Assembly: GCA_020891255.1 (NCBI GenBank)
Contig: BQFW01000008.1
Coordinates: forward strand, 1,364,001 to 1,428,000
Direction: 5' to 3'
DNA length: 64,000 bases
Origin: Entomortierella parvispora E1425
Lineage: Eukaryota > Fungi > Mortierellomycota
Part shown: piece after piece, positions 24,944-38,600 of the stretch
How positions within the stretch are numbered: the stretch's first letter is position 1
How the letters are laid out: each line of letters begins with the position of its first letter
Notes under the pieces: generated by a model
What the model saw: only the letters and a program-made list of their open reading frames with translations
What the model was told of the DNA's origin: nothing
Databases searched by the model: none
Program-made: the position numbers and the translations under genes

Positions 24944-25335
24944 TCTTCAAAAAAAAAGCACACCTGCACCACAAAACCAGCCAACCAGCTCGCCCCTGTG
25001 CTCTGCTGAGTCTGCTCTGTGCGCGCGCTTTTTTTCAGTCGCTACGCTCTGTCTCTCTCTCTCTCTTGCTCGGGTTGTTTGTGTCGGTGGCTTGGCTGTC
25101 CTTCCTTCCTTCCTCTCTCTCCTTCCTTCCTGCAAAGGACTTCCTTCACCTTCGGACTCCATTCATCCACATCCATCCACCTTCCTTCCTTCCTCCCTTC
25201 CTCCCTGCTTCTTCTGCACCACTATACCCTCCCGCCCCGTGCAGGCTCTTTCCTTCCTTCCCTTCCTTCCCCCCATTCACCCTCCTTTTTCTTTTTGCAT
25301 GGCTGCCATTCACCACTTGATCTAGGCTGCCCTTC

Positions 25336-27789
25336 ATGTCTTTTTACATTTGCCGCCAATGTGCCTCTGGCCAGGCGCTCCGGCGAGCAACTGCTGCTAC
25401 GGCTGCAACCTCCATACCCGGTCCTTCCCTGCTGGTCCATGCACTGCAGCCAAAGCCCAGGCGAAGCAATTTGTTCCCTTCGCTCGTTGCCCGTTCTCTG
25501 ACCAGCTCGACTCTAAAAAAATCAACCCGGATCAAGACCTCCGAGACGATCGCGACAAATCCGCCGTCCTCTTCCTCCACCTCTTCAACCTCCTCCAGAT
25601 CGCAGATACCACCACCACCCCGGATACGGAATTCTTCATCTGTGGAGGCACCCAACCGTCCCTCGCCAATCGACACAATACACCGCTACCTAGATCAACA
25701 CATTCAACAACTCGATGTCGATCTCTTGTACCTGAAATTCTGGAAGATTTGCGCGACAGAGTCGTTGGACTTTCAACGGCAGATCTGGGGCGCTTCAGGA
25801 GAGCGAAACAGGGTACAGGATCTGAAAATGAACCCGTCGCAACCAAAGTACAAAGATCTACCTCAACCACGCCGAGAAAAGTATAATCAAGATGCTCGGC
25901 GGCTGGAGAACTTTTACAGGGTCTTCAATACGTTAGCTGCGCCCAGGCATTCAAATGAACCGCCCAGGAAGGATTCAGGCGAGCGCTGCCCTTGGGTCCT
26001 GCAAGTGCCCACTATCCAACCATCACCCCCAAAGAGTTCAACATCAAGGAGCAGATCCATCCCAGCCTTTCCTGCAACGGTGACCTTGCATTTCATGGCA
26101 GGATCATCTCATCCGAAACGACTATTGCAGATCCACCAGTACTTTGAATCCGTCTTGGGGATTGAAGTGGATTACCATGCACGGATCGCGTTACTGGTTG
26201 CATTCTCGGCGACAGGAGATATGGTCACGGTCCAGGGATTATTTGACGAATGGAGAGACAGTGGCACGATCCAGGGAGGCAAAGAGATGTACTCTGCGAT
26301 TATCCGTGGCTTGGTTGGAAACAATTCTCGAGATAGGAAGTCTCACGGCAGTTATTCGGATGCTCTGAGCGCTGGATCCTCAATAGAACACGGAATGACC
26401 TCTGCCACCTCCTCCACAGCCATTCGGAATGGAAAAGTCACCCAGATGTATGCGGCCCTCGAGATGTTTTACGATCTCTTGCAAAAAGGAGGGACACCGA
26501 CCTTTGAGACTTACCATTCGCTGATTGCTGGAATGGCGTGTTTCAAGAACGACATGGAGGCCGCCGAATTGTTGCTGGATCATATGATTGTGACGAAGAA
26601 GAAGCCATACGTGCAGGTGCTGCATGTGATGTGTCGCGAGTATGCACGACAGCGGAACTTTGCCGGCACAGAGAGGATCTTTTGGATGTTGCGAGAATAT
26701 GGGATCAAACCCAAACCCCTGACGTGCAATGTGTTGCTAAAGGCAATCTTTCAGACCTCAACCGTCGACGCACTCGAATATATGGCCGAACATCCTCACC
26801 AGTCAAGTGGGGCTCACCCAATAGAGCACGGTCTGGATGCAGAACAGTTGGCTCTAAACTGGAAGAGGCGAAAGGTGAAGGAGCTTCGTGATTACATGCA
26901 GGAGACAGGGACAGAGTCCGACAGTGTCACCTTCAGCACGCTCTTTTACGGGTACGGTCATATGAAGGATGGATACCAAGACTTGAGAGCGGCGTTGAAA
27001 GACATGGTAGATTCTTCAAAGATCGAGCCGAACCTGGTGGTGCTGTCGTCTTTGCTCTTTGCACATCTGAACCACGGGGAACTCAAGATTGCAGAATCGA
27101 TCCTGGACCAGATGTTGCTTCGAGGCAGCCAAGGACGGCCGTTGACCCCAACGCCAACCGTAAGGAAGGTACAGCAACCCAGCCCATTTACAAAACTCGA
27201 CTCCAGTCCAGCACCGATCAAAAGTGGAAGTGCTTATCGAACTCCTCTGCCTCTTTATCCTTCCAAGGGTGTCTTTCATGCTCTCATGTTGGCCTATGTC
27301 GAACATCAGGATATCGATGGCATGGAACGAGTTCTGGACAAGCTGATTCGGGCACAGCATGAGCAGTTTGAGCTCAGTCGGTCATCGGACAGCCTCATCG
27401 CAGCGGATCTAAATGCGGATGAATACACGGCCAACATCATGCTCCTCGGATACGTCTCTCAAGGAAATCTGGAAAAGGCCGAGCTGGTCCAGTCTCAGAT
27501 CCAATCCCATCCCGAGTGGAAAAGTCGCCATCTGTTTTGGGAGCGAGAGTCTAGTCGCCAGGAGCTATTGGCCTTTGTTCGCCAAAAGGGATCCAAGGAA
27601 CAGATCGACAAAGCCATCCAACTCCCTGCGGACGAATCTCTGCTATCGACTGTCAAGCCCGGTGCTACCGAAGGAAAAGAGGAGCTGGATCCTGCCGTGG
27701 AACTGGATGATGATATTGAGATTGATGTCACCACACTCGCCGCCAAGCTCAAGAGCCTGCAACAGTCCATTCCTGCCCACACCTCTTGA
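25336..27789 (+). CDS. Pentatricopeptide-repeat protein, probably mitochondrial, 817 aa, single exon
   Basis: PPR-like helices GKEMYSAIIRGL, PTFETYHSLIAGM, PKPLTCNVLLKAI, DSVTFSTLFYGY, PNLVVLSSLLFAH, PSKGVFHALMLAY, DEYTANIMLLGY. The N-terminus is rich in Arg, Ser and Ala, like a presequence. Confidence 0.88.
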   Translation: MSFYICRQCASGQALRRATAATAATSIPGPSLLVHALQPKPRRSNLFPSLVARSLTSSTLKKSTRIKTSETIATNPPSSSSTSSTSSRSQIPPPPRIRNSSSVEAPNRPSPIDTIHRYLDQHIQQLDVDLLYLKFWKICATESLDFQRQIWGASGERNRVQDLKMNPSQPKYKDLPQPRREKYNQDARRLENFYRVFNTLAAPRHSNEPPRKDSGERCPWVLQVPTIQPSPPKSSTSRSRSIPAFPATVTLHFMAGSSHPKRLLQIHQYFESVLGIEVDYHARIALLVAFSATGDMVTVQGLFDEWRDSGTIQGGKEMYSAIIRGLVGNNSRDRKSHGSYSDALSAGSSIEHGMTSATSSTAIRNGKVTQMYAALEMFYDLLQKGGTPTFETYHSLIAGMACFKNDMEAAELLLDHMIVTKKKPYVQVLHVMCREYARQRNFAGTERIFWMLREYGIKPKPLTCNVLLKAIFQTSTVDALEYMAEHPHQSSGAHPIEHGLDAEQLALNWKRRKVKELRDYMQETGTESDSVTFSTLFYGYGHMKDGYQDLRAALKDMVDSSKIEPNLVVLSSLLFAHLNHGELKIAESILDQMLLRGSQGRPLTPTPTVRKVQQPSPFTKLDSSPAPIKSGSAYRTPLPLYPSKGVFHALMLAYVEHQDIDGMERVLDKLIRAQHEQFELSRSSDSLIAADLNADEYTANIMLLGYVSQGNLEKAELVQSQIQSHPEWKSRHLFWERESSRQELLAFVRQKGSKEQIDKAIQLPADESLLSTVKPGATEGKEELDPAVELDDDIEIDVTTLAAKLKSLQQSIPAHTS

Positions 27790-27998
27790 TGAGCTAGCTC
27801 TTCCATCCTTCCTCCATCTATTCTTCACAAAGAAGACCCAATATATCCCATATTTATCTCCATTATCCTTGATATGAAAACACTTTATCGAAAAATAGGT
27901 TATATGTAATGCAGGTAGAGTTGTGGTAAGGGGGGAGGAGAGGCGGTGTCTTTTTTTTTTTTTTTTTTTTGTTACAGCAAATTCCTTGTGTTGAATAT

Positions 27999-29597
27999 TT
28001 ACTTCTTGCAGTTGTTCTTGTGGCCGCTCTTCCAGTCGTTGACTTGGCAGAGACGTGAGCAAAAGAAGCGCTTCTTGCATCCGGCACAGCGTTGGAACTC
28101 GTCCTTCTTAGTCTCGACCTTGCCACAGTCCTTGCCCGCACAGGTCTTGAGGCCCGTGGTAGGATCGACAGCCTGGGGCTTCACACCTGCAGAGGTAGCG
28201 GCCTCAGCCTGCTGCAACTTCTCGGCAATGATGGTGCGCTTGGCCGACAAGGTGCGGACCAAGAACTCAAAGGATTGTTGACCCCCGTTCGAGGTGATGA
28301 AGGCCAACTCGAACAAGTTTTGGGCGCGGTCGATATCGTACAAACCGAAATCCTTGGAGCCGTAGATCATGCCCAAGAACTGAAGAGCCTCCCATTCGGC
28401 CAACGTGGCCGACTTGTCAAAGAACGAGATGGCGGTCATGAGGTACTCCTGGGGGTCCGAAGAGTAGGAGCGGTCGGTGGAGGGCAAGCGGTCGCGCAAG
28501 TTTGGGTCAGTGGCCATCATGAAGAAGAGACGACCCATCTGGGTACCAGAGGGGCCATAACCGTAGTGCAATCCACGAGTGTAGTATTCAAGGGCCAAGG
28601 GCAGGTTGACCTCAATCTTGGGCTCTGTCTTGGGGTGTCCCTCCTGATAGATCATTCCGAGGTTATGAGCAGAGTCGGGGTATCCTAGAACGATGAACAT
28701 TAGAAACGTCTGTTAGCACCCGTGGGTTGACTAAGACTAGAACGCCACCAAAAATTATGGAAGAATACAAAGAAAGAAAGGAAAAAAAAGAGAAGGTATG
28801 AACATGTCCTCACCTTGATCCGCAGCCTTGACGTACCACTCAATGGCCTTGTGCCACTCTCCCTTCTGATCGTAATGCCAGGCAACCTTGTGCATGGCCA
28901 TGGGGTTGCCCTTGACGGCAGCCTTCATAAAGTAATCCAACGACATTTGCTCGGGATCCTCGCCAGCCTGACAGTTCTCGCCCTGGCACTCCTTGAATTC
29001 ATGGTGGTAGAAAGAACCCAACTGGACAGCCGCCATCGTGAATCCAAATTTGTCAAAGGCATAGTCGTAGTAAGCCTTGGCCGCCAAGAAGTTGGGCGAG
29101 GCAACAGGGGAAGCCTTCTTCTTTCGCTCAGCCTCAGGGATCTTTGAATCATCACGGACACCGCCCAACAAGAATCCGTTCGAGAGCACTTCCTGAATGG
29201 TCAACTCCTCCAAAGGGGTGTCCTTGGATCGCATCTTCAAGTACTCGCGTGCCTTCTCCGTGTCCATGTCCGACTCGACCAAGGCCACAAAGACGGCCTT
29301 TTGGATCTCCTGGAGGTTCAAAACTTCCTGTGCATAGACCTCGTCCGAACGCTCCAACTTCTTGACCAACGAGTTGCGCTCCTTGCGATCCTCTGTAAAC
29401 TTCTCGGCCATGGTGGGGAAGAGCACGGGCACGTTGGGCTCCAAAGTAGGGTCCACGACGTGGTAGAGGGCCAAGAGGATATGGCACTGTTCACGGCTCA
29501 AACCCAAGAAAGGCTCAATGCCCTCACCGGTGGCTTCGGTGCCAGCAGCAGCAGCGGGGGCGGCGACGGGTTCGGGGATTTCCTCAAGAATAGCCAT
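27999..29597 (-). CDS. Sel1-repeat protein with C-terminal MYND zinc finger, about 489 aa (exons 28814-29597, 27999-28684)
   Basis: Sel1 repeats YFMKAAVKGNPMAMHKVA, WYVKAADQG|YPDSAHNLGMIYQEG, ALQFLGMIY; MYND finger CAGKDC...RCAGCKKRFFCSRLCQVNDWKSGHKNNC. Confidence 0.9.
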
Positions 29598-29771
29598 GGC
29601 GACAATGGTGAATGGAGTGTAAATTGGAAGGGATGAATGACACTCTTTCATGTGCAGAGCACAGGCCGCCTAATCTGATCACATGACCTTGTTTACACTG
29701 AATTGGCGGTCACAATGCGCCACCAAAGATTCTGGAAATTCTGTGGAAGGAGGTCAATTTTATTAAAAAGA

Positions 29772-32700
29772 TCAAGGATCGCCTGTTAAGTTTGCCTGTG
29801 CCTGGAATTTAAATAGTTTATCGGCATCGCCCAACGCTTGTCGAACACCAAAGGGCAGTGCATTATCGCCTCCGACATATCCTGGGAACGAGCTGGACAT
29901 GTCAAGGATCGGGAATGATTCTGGAGAAGGCGTATCTTTCAAGTTTGGACTTTGATGATGTCTTCCTAAGGCCGTCGAGTCGTTCAGTCCTGCCTCGTCC
30001 AACGAGAGGTTCCGTTGCTGAGGATCTGGCAAGAACAATCCTGATTGAAAGGAAGTATTGTTACCACTGGTATCAGGACTGAAAGGGACTGAAGACATCG
30101 ATTCGTTCGAAGGAGAAAGGGACGACGGCACTCGATCCTTGGAATTGTATCCAGTGTGAGCGTCTTCGGTGCCATAGTTGAGGAGGGACGAGTCCAACAT
30201 GGACAAGAGTTCGTTTTGTTCTCGATCCGAGTTCAACTGTTGATAATTGTTCAAATTTTGCAGGTTGTTCAAGAATGCGTTCACAAGAGCTGGGTCTTGC
30301 TGCATTTGGAAGAGCTGTTGTTGCCGTTGTTGATGCTGTTGTTGCAATTGTTGTTGCTGCATTTGCAGCGCTTGGTGTTGTTGAAGTAGTCGAAGATGCT
30401 CTTGAATTTGTTCCGTCGTTAGACTATCCAAAGCGGCAAAATTGGATTGCTGCTGTTGTTGCTGCTGCTGTTCTTGTTGTTGTTGCTGTTCTTTCTGGAG
30501 GCGTTGCTGATCATACTGGAACGCCAAAAACTGGGAGAGAGAAAGCAAAGGAGGGGCACTCTGACCGCCCAAGGACTGCTGACGTGATAACGCAAATTCG
30601 TTAAAGTCAGAAGGCAGAGAAGCCGGAGCGAGGAACGTTGGGACGGATTGAAGGTACGACTCGGCGCTCTCCCTTGCTGAATCATCCAAGGCACTGCTCA
30701 AACTGGCAGTCATGGGTCGAGAAGCCATGTCAGGCGATGGTGAAGACTTGATGCAGAGGTCCAAGTCGTCGTCAACAAGCTGCGGCGAGGTAGACATCTC
30801 CATAGATCCTAAACAAGTAGCATCTGCCTCTGCATCCTGTCCATCCTGCTGCCGCTTCTCGTTTGATGTTGATGAGGAAGGGTCTTGGGTATTTTGAGAC
30901 TGAGTCGAGGTCTTGACCAACGGCGAAGCTGAATGAGAACTTGAAGGCGACTTTGGTGAAATCTTGCGGACGCGGGCAGGAATGACGCTGGAGCCACTAA
31001 AGCTCATCCTAGAACCATACTTCTGGGACATGGGCAAGATGGGCTTGAGTGGAGGTCGATGGTCGTAATGGGCAGTATTTGTGTTTGTGGATGATGAGCT
31101 AGAGGATGAAGGCCCTTCCATGTGCGTGTCCAGAGAGCTTTTGAGTAGCTCCACTTCCTTTTCAATATCAACCGCCGTCGATCGCCGCAAGATGATATTC
31201 AACAGCGCCAGTGACCGCTTGAACATGATAGTACTGTTGCCTCCACGTCGGATATCGCTGACTTGAATCGTGGCAGCAGCAATCAGACAATAAATAACAA
31301 AGTAACAACCTCGAATGGGATAGCTCAAAGAGAGCATTCCATGGTTTGTGTAGAGATCATCGGTGATCACGGTGATATTGGTTGCGGAGACTGTACAGGT
31401 ATCCCTCGATACGGTCGCGATCTCGAGATGGTCAATACTAGGGTCTTCACAATAACAGCGCTGAATCATGATGGCGCAAGCGTGGTAAAGGATGTGAAGC
31501 AGGGCCACAAAGGGGGTATGGGGAGACATGTTTGGAGCCAGCTGGAGACGCGCCGGAAGGTTGGCTTTCCAAGAAAGCATGGCTTGATGAAGGAAGAGAC
31601 CCTGGGGAATCGTCTCTTCAGGTGTGACCACTTTTGTCAAGAACTTGCGGACAAGGATCAGAGCCTGGTGGTCGATCTTGACCAGCTTGATGTACTCGAC
31701 GGCGTTCTCAATCACTTCAGTCTCGCCGGGGTCATTAGGATCCTCGTTGTCAGTGCGGGGTAAATCTGCCTCGGGCTCGACTTCTCTAAAACTCATGGTT
31801 CGGCCTTGTGAAACTGAAAGGAATTGGTCCAGAACGAAGATTGACCAGAAGAGCCGCCTCCGAACCTCGTGGCTCTCAGGGTCCAGCTTGGCATTGACAG
31901 GCGTGGTCTTGTGCAATTGAAGTTCCTGTAACGGTCGGAACACAAATGAAGAGAAGGACAAACGTTCAGTGACAAATCGTCATTGCTCATTGAACGCAGG
32001 CAAAAATAATAACAAGATGAGAGCAAAATAGATCGACGGTCATGAAGATAAATGTTATGAAAAAGAACCCTTACCCGTGCCAAAACAATCACCATCTGCG
32101 TGTACATGTACGTTCGGAAGTAAAAGCCAGTCTGTTTGACGCCTTCTTGGTACTTGATGATCATGAGTAACGCCTGGATAGTTGACAATCGAGGTTTGTC
32201 AAGAGTATCATCCAGTCGACTCAACCAAAACTGAAAGTACCGTCGTCCATCCTGTTCACGCCCGGGTGCATAGTGCGAAGCTACGGCATACATGGCAGCG
32301 AGCAAAAAGTCGGGCACTGGGTCCTTTGGGTCATGTAGACGTCGGAAGAACGAGGGCTTGTGGAGGACAAGTAGGAATGGATGTACGTGCTGAAAATATA
32401 GATCAATCAGATCGGGCTGAATATCGACCAGAGGAACGGAACGGCTCCTTGAAGATCGATGGCGGTGGAGAGCGCCTGCATGACTTCCGGAACTATTTCG
32501 CTTCAAGGCCGGACCCGGCTTATTCTGATCCGGATCGACAGCATCTTGGAAGGCTGAAGGTGAAGGATCGGCAGACTCGGCATCGGAATACTCTGCTGAT
32601 GAGGTTGCTGCCGAATCATTGTCCCCGGCTACTTGACTGAAGCTTCGAAGGGTATGAGGCGCAATACCAAAGGCATCGATCTGCAGGCGGTCCATCACCT

Positions 32701-33148
32701 GCGATAGATCCTCGGTAGAAGATGTTCGTTCCATGAAGGGTGCAGCACCGGAGGTGCTGTTGCTCCTACTGGGCCTGTTGTGGAAATTGGGACCAGCGCC
32801 AGACATGTACGAGGTCGAGGGCGTGGATTTGGAGTAGGCGGAGTAGTCAGTTGCAGGCGCCAGAGTGGGGCCCGACGAAGAGGAGGAACCATATTGACCG
32901 CTGAACTTGGCACGGTCTTTAGCCCGCTGTTCCTTCTCACGTTGGTGGACCAGATGTGGGTTGTTCTCCTCCATGACTTTGTCCATATCAAGAACGACGC
33001 CGTTCTTCTGGGCAAAGATGCAGGCGGTGCCAATGCGAGCACAGGTGGAACATTTTTGGCTCTGACCATCAAAGTTGCAGCGGGTCTTTCTTCGGCGACA
33101 CTCCTGGCAGGAGATGCGAGCAATGAGCCTGGGCTTGATCTTTGTCAT
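29772..33148 (-). CDS. Zn(II)2Cys6 transcription factor with fungal-specific TF (middle homology) domain and polyQ tail, about 1075 aa (exons 32075-33148, 29772-31925)
   Basis: SCQECRRRKTRCNFDGQSQKCSTCARIGTAC binuclear cluster; LIDLYFQHVHPFLLVLHKPSF; EVRRRLFWSIFVLDQFLS; Gln tracts. Confidence 0.93.
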
Positions 33149-33888
33149 GGCCAGGGAAACTGTGTGAATGTGCTGTGAGCTGTGAAGAAGAAGAGTGTGG
33201 GGAAGCAAATAAAAAGTACGGAGGAATAAAAGGAATAAAAGGAAGGAATGGAAGGTTGTGGAGTGAACAAGGAGGGAGAGATGGAGTGGGGAGAGGGGAG
33301 AGGGTTTGCACAGACAATGGCGGAAGAGAAGAAAGGAAAGAGGGAAGGAAGGAGGGGAGGAAGGGAGGACGAGCAGACAGACACAGAATAGCGCAGCTGA
33401 GGGAATTGAAGAGAGAAGGGAAGTGAAGTGAAGAAAAAGAACAAAAAGGGAGAAAGGGAGATGGCACGAGTACTTGGAGAAAGTGAGCGAGGGTGGTGTG
33501 AGGTGCGTGAGCGTGTGCGTGGTGTGTGGTGCGGTGTGGGGAAGAGGATCTCTTTTTTTTTTCTTCTCTCTTCGATGTCTGGGACTGCGTGGGGGTGGTG
33601 ACTCGACTTTCCCTGCAGGCTCTTTCTTTCATTTCATTCTTTCTCTTCTGGTCTCGCTCTCTCTGGTCTTCTTCGTATGTTGTGTTGACTTCCGGCGAGC
33701 CATGAAAGGGACCGATCATCTATTCGTCTTTCAGCACGCCAGGTCAAAGCCAAGCCTTGTCCTCCCCTGCCCTTTCTCTCTGTGCGACTTGCTTGCCTTG
33801 TTTCTCACTCCAGACGTCTTCATCTGTGGCTGTTGTGCCTGCACCAAAGGTACTGAATATAGCGTAGCCTCTCTTGGGTTCATTGGCT

Positions 33889-33916
33889 TTGTTGATTGTT
33901 GATTGTTGATTGTTGA
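33889..33916. repeat. (TTGTTGA)4 microsatellite upstream of the Zn2Cys6 gene
   Basis: Read directly from the sequence. Confidence 0.9.
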
Positions 33917-35683
33917 TGTGGCCGCTTCTGTCCGTCTTGTCTTTTGTTGATTTTGTTGTTGCCGTTCCTTCGAAAGGGGGCCCCTACCCCTCGTCCTGCC
34001 CTGTTCTCTGTGCAACCACCAACGGATGAGCCAAACCAAAAGATGCTTTCATCAGAGTCCACGCCACTCCATGGTCGCCGGGATGCTCTCATACTCTGGC
34101 AGCGGCATTAAGGGATCCGTTGCACCCGATAAATAACGCCGCCCCGTGCCAGTGTGCAAGTGAAAGGGGGAATTAATCCAGAGACTCCCGGGCAGAAAAT
34201 CTCCCGGAAAAGTGGAACCAACCCATGAGGGCATGAAGGGGTGACCAGGCTCTCCACATCCATCCTCGTCTCCACTCCCAGGAAAGTTAACATAGAGACA
34301 AGCTGTTCCAACTCCACTCAGTGTCTCGAATCATATGGGGGGCGTGTGTGTCCATGGGCATCTGTCGCCATATTCGAGTCCACCTGCGGGAAGGAGATTC
34401 AAAATGGTGAACTTTAACTGGCTTCTGGAGCTGTTCATTGATCCTCTCATCCAGCTCAGCTTCCCTCCCACATGACAGCCTGTTGGCTATAGTTTATTGC
34501 AGAGAATAATATGAGTCTTTTTGTTTTGACGCTGCTACCGTTGTTGTGTTTTACATTGTTGTTGCTGGTTGTTGTGTTTGCTGTTTGTTCTTGGTCCAAG
34601 CTGACATATTTTATTAATTGGTGGGCGTAGCAAAGAGCTCTGCTGGGGTAGGTAGCTTTTTGGGGTTTGGGAAACAGGCCGACCTGGCTCAATTGCGTAG
34701 CCCACCGATCAGGTCCGTGGGCCAAATTTGTGGCCGATGCCACCCTATCTCCAATCTCTTTTTCACTTTTGTCCTCCTTTTGGGTTGCCCTACGTTGCTC
34801 TTGCATCAATGTATTGTATCTGTACTGTCAGTCATGGACCATGGTGGTTGCGCTCGCTAACCGACCGAGTCCCATCTTTCCCCGAGACCCGATCATGACT
34901 TGGACGTGAACCGAAAAGAAGGGGACGTCCTTGTTTCTCAATTGTCTTGGTCCGATTCCGTTTGCTCTCATTTCAGTCCAAAGATTCCGTCGATGCAAGG
35001 GCAAACCCTGCCCCTGAGCCAGTTTTAGTTTCCACTGCTGACGGAGAAAATTACCCGATCAAGTTGAGCGGAAAGGACGGTCAAGGATCACCACCAGGGC
35101 CCGATGCGCAATTGCTCCCAGATACAAAAATGACTCCACAGCAATCAGCAATCAGCAATCATATTGCCGCCACCCTCTTCCTTCTCACAATTTGCATATC
35201 CTTTTACAAATACTCACCTCTCTTACCCCACTCAGTTTTTGTCCTGGTAAAGACTTTTGCCTTTACGTTTTCCCGTAGACACGTTCTCCTCTCCGATTTC
35301 CCCCACTTTTGTTCCCACAGCCCTCTTCCACTTTCAGCTCTCGCAGTGGAAACGAGCGCCAGTAATAAACACCCCGCTCTCAGACGGCTCTTACGCTTTA
35401 CCTAGCTGAATGTACCGAGAGGTCTGTCTCCTCGTCATTACGGCATCCCTCCACGCGACGTCGATCTGGCATAATAATCATTACTCAACTGACGTTTAGT
35501 TTTTTTTGTCAAAGAACAAACAATATTTTTTTAATGGTTTTGTACAAGGAAAAGAAATACAAGAAGAAAACATATAAAGTTTTGTAGTGATCATCTATCT
35601 ATCGATCAAGAAGGGCAACGCTATTCGACCGTGATGGAAAGAAGGTAGGTGGAAGAGGGGACCAAACTCCAACCTTTCGGGCT

Positions 35684-38600
35684 TCAGAGAGAGATTTTAT
35701 CCAGGTCCAAGCTATTGGATCGAGTCTTCATGGTCATCGTCCCCGTCCGACCACCATGCTGTCCTTTGTTGGCGTTAGCGCGTCTCCTTCTGCCACGGGT
35801 CATCCTCTCTGTGCCATCGTCGTCCTCTTCGTCATCATCCGAGGCTGAAACTAGCTTTTCGGCGTCGTACATGTTCGTGTCCATATCGACATTATCCGGG
35901 ACAACACTCTGCAAACTCGCGAGGCTATTGGCTCCGCTACAGGATCCTGATTCAGGTTGTTGGTCCCCTGTGGCTGTGATGGATGCTGATTCGGATCCAA
36001 GAGTCGCCCCGAGTCCTCCAAGAGCGCTCATACTGCTCAGTTGATGTTGACTTGCCATGGCCAAGGCCTTTTGAATCCGCTCCTGCAACCTATACTGCTC
36101 ATCGATTTTGGGTCGCACATCTTCTACACCTTCGAGGGATTCAAGGAATTCCATCACTTTAGCCAGCTCACGATCGCTCTTGTCGTCATACCAAGACTCA
36201 ATCGGAATACCATTGGAGATTTGATAACCAAAAGCCTGAGGAGAGTTATCAATGATGATGACTTTGGAGAGATCCCGATTCAAAATACGTAGGTCCTGAA
36301 AATGAGGAGTAGGCAAGTAGTAGATCATTAGTCTTGTCGTTCATTTTGTTCTCTGGCTATCCATTTGCCTAGGGGGAGAAATATCTTGCATTTTTACCTT
36401 CACATAATTGCCAAAGACTGGCACGCAAGAGTCGCGATAGTAACGGTGCTTGATGAACTTCTTATCGGGGTCGATGAGTTTAAGCAGCGCTTCTGCGTAA
36501 CATTCCTGGCTGGCTGTGAAGGTGATCACCTCGAACTTTGTTGACATTTTCTCTGAAGGGTGGAAAAGAAGTATCACGTATTGGCACGTTAGTATATCAT
36601 AATGAGGTAGAAAAAATTCGGCAAATAAGCTTCCTGTACAATTACCTAAAAACTCGTGCATGCCAGGCCGGATCCTTCCATAAACTTCCCATGTTTCTTG
36701 GTTATATTCGACTGGGAAAATCATGTCTGGTGAGTCTATGATTGACAGGGGTCGAATCACAAGTGAACATCGGTTAGAAATCAAGTATCTTAATCTTGGG
36801 ACTTGACAAAAAAACAAAAAAAAAAGGAGTTGTACCAAGAGGTCGTGTGGCACAATGCACAAGAGTTTCGTCAATGTCCAAAACCAGGGTGATGGGCGGC
36901 GTCGTACTAGTCCTTTCAGGCATAGTGAATGCAAAGTTGACCGGCAATGGACCCAGAGGTGGCAATGTGGCGATGAATTCCCAACTGTTCGACAAGCAAG
37001 AAGCACATGTTAATCTCAGACTGCTGGAGGGTACGTGCACTATAAATTCACATGGCATTTGCCCATACTTACACATCAATTTCCTCGAAATCGTCGTCGT
37101 CATCCTCGGATTCCAGATCTGCATCCTCTGATTCTGAAGACAGGATACCTTCATCATCTATTATAGTTCGGAAACCAAGACGCAATAAGAAGGTGAGTAT
37201 ACCATGCCATGTTTTAGCTTTTCTTCAACAGAACCAACGGGTCGTAGAAGTTGGCTTCTGCTCTTAACCCCATGCAGACTTGAGCCCCCTTTTTGATTTT
37301 CATCCTCGTACCTTCGTCTCTAGGACTCTTCAGGATGTTGTAAAACGTCTTCATGTAGCCGTTCTTGTCGTTGTCTGTAGTCTCGTCGATCCTCGCCAAC
37401 TTTGTGCTGACCACTTGACCTTCATCCAAAGAAATAGAAGCCGTGGGATCTTCCATGTCTTCATCACCGACTTTGCGTTTTGCATGGAAACCCATGGTGC
37501 CCCCCGCTGCTGTCAAGGACGCCTCTGGTTTTGACGCAATGAATCCTTCTTTAGTGGTCCATCCTGAAATATCCTCTGTGGGTTGCTGTCGAAGACTCAA
37601 ACCACATGGTATCTGTTGAGCATCGGTCATCTCTTCGTCTTGGTCACTCCGAGGATAGGATTCGAACTCCTCCTCATCTTCATCCTCATCCTCATCTTCG
37701 CCGTCGTCCTCGATATCGTCCTCATCTTCGACATTGCCGAGACCCTTATCAATGCCCATCTTTGCAATCTTTGTAGTCCGGCCTCGAAGCCGACGGCCAC
37801 TGGAGGGCAAGCTCGGAACTTTGTGGAGCCCCACTGACTTTTTCTTTGTCTTCTTGGGAGCCACATGGGCTCCTGAAGACGTGTACACGGTGGGGGACAC
37901 GGGTTTGTTTTCCTGGTTACTGCTGGTAGAACTCGTGCTGGAGCGAGACCGTCGACCATCCTGGTGGTCCACTTTGTTCTTTTCCATTTCCAAATTTTTC
38001 AAGAGTCGACTCCTGCAGCCACCTCCTCCAGCAGTTGCTGCCAGTAATTCCTGGTCCTGCTCTGGATCATCGTCGAAATCATGGCCAGACTCATGGCGAG
38101 CCCCCAATCGTGTGAGACGAGGAGTCAAGGTCAATCTGGAGATATCTGCATTCGAGGCCAATTCAGGAGAGGGTCTTTTCAATAACGAGCGACGTCGATG
38201 ATGCGCGGGTGATCTTAGATGGTAACGGTTTTGTGCATCATCTTCATCATCATCATCCTCGTCTGATTTTTCTTCTTCGTCCATTTGAACCCCTGGTCCC
38301 TTGAGGGTCTTCAAAGGCATGGCTCTAGCTCTGGTTCGTGTCCGGCTACTCCTAGATCGGGTTGATTCTCGTGTCTGAGACGTGCTGCGGGTGGCTACCC
38401 TGGAGCGCCTTTCACTCCCATTGGCTGCAGATCCGTTGGTTTCTTCTGTGGAAATGGATGTTGGTTGATGTCCTGAAGCTGCTAGAATCCTAGAGGAGGG
38501 ACTAGATAGGGTATAGCTGCAGATGGTTGTTGCGGTGGTGGACTCTGTCAACACACCTGAGGCTGATAGAGAACGCAGAGAGCGAGTCTGAATAGTATTC

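Noticed and set aside
28092-28688. 198-aa antisense ORF over the Sel1-MYND gene; the same applies to 40146-40685 over the Gly-rich gene
   Set aside because: Antisense shadows of codon-biased genes with no independent evidence.
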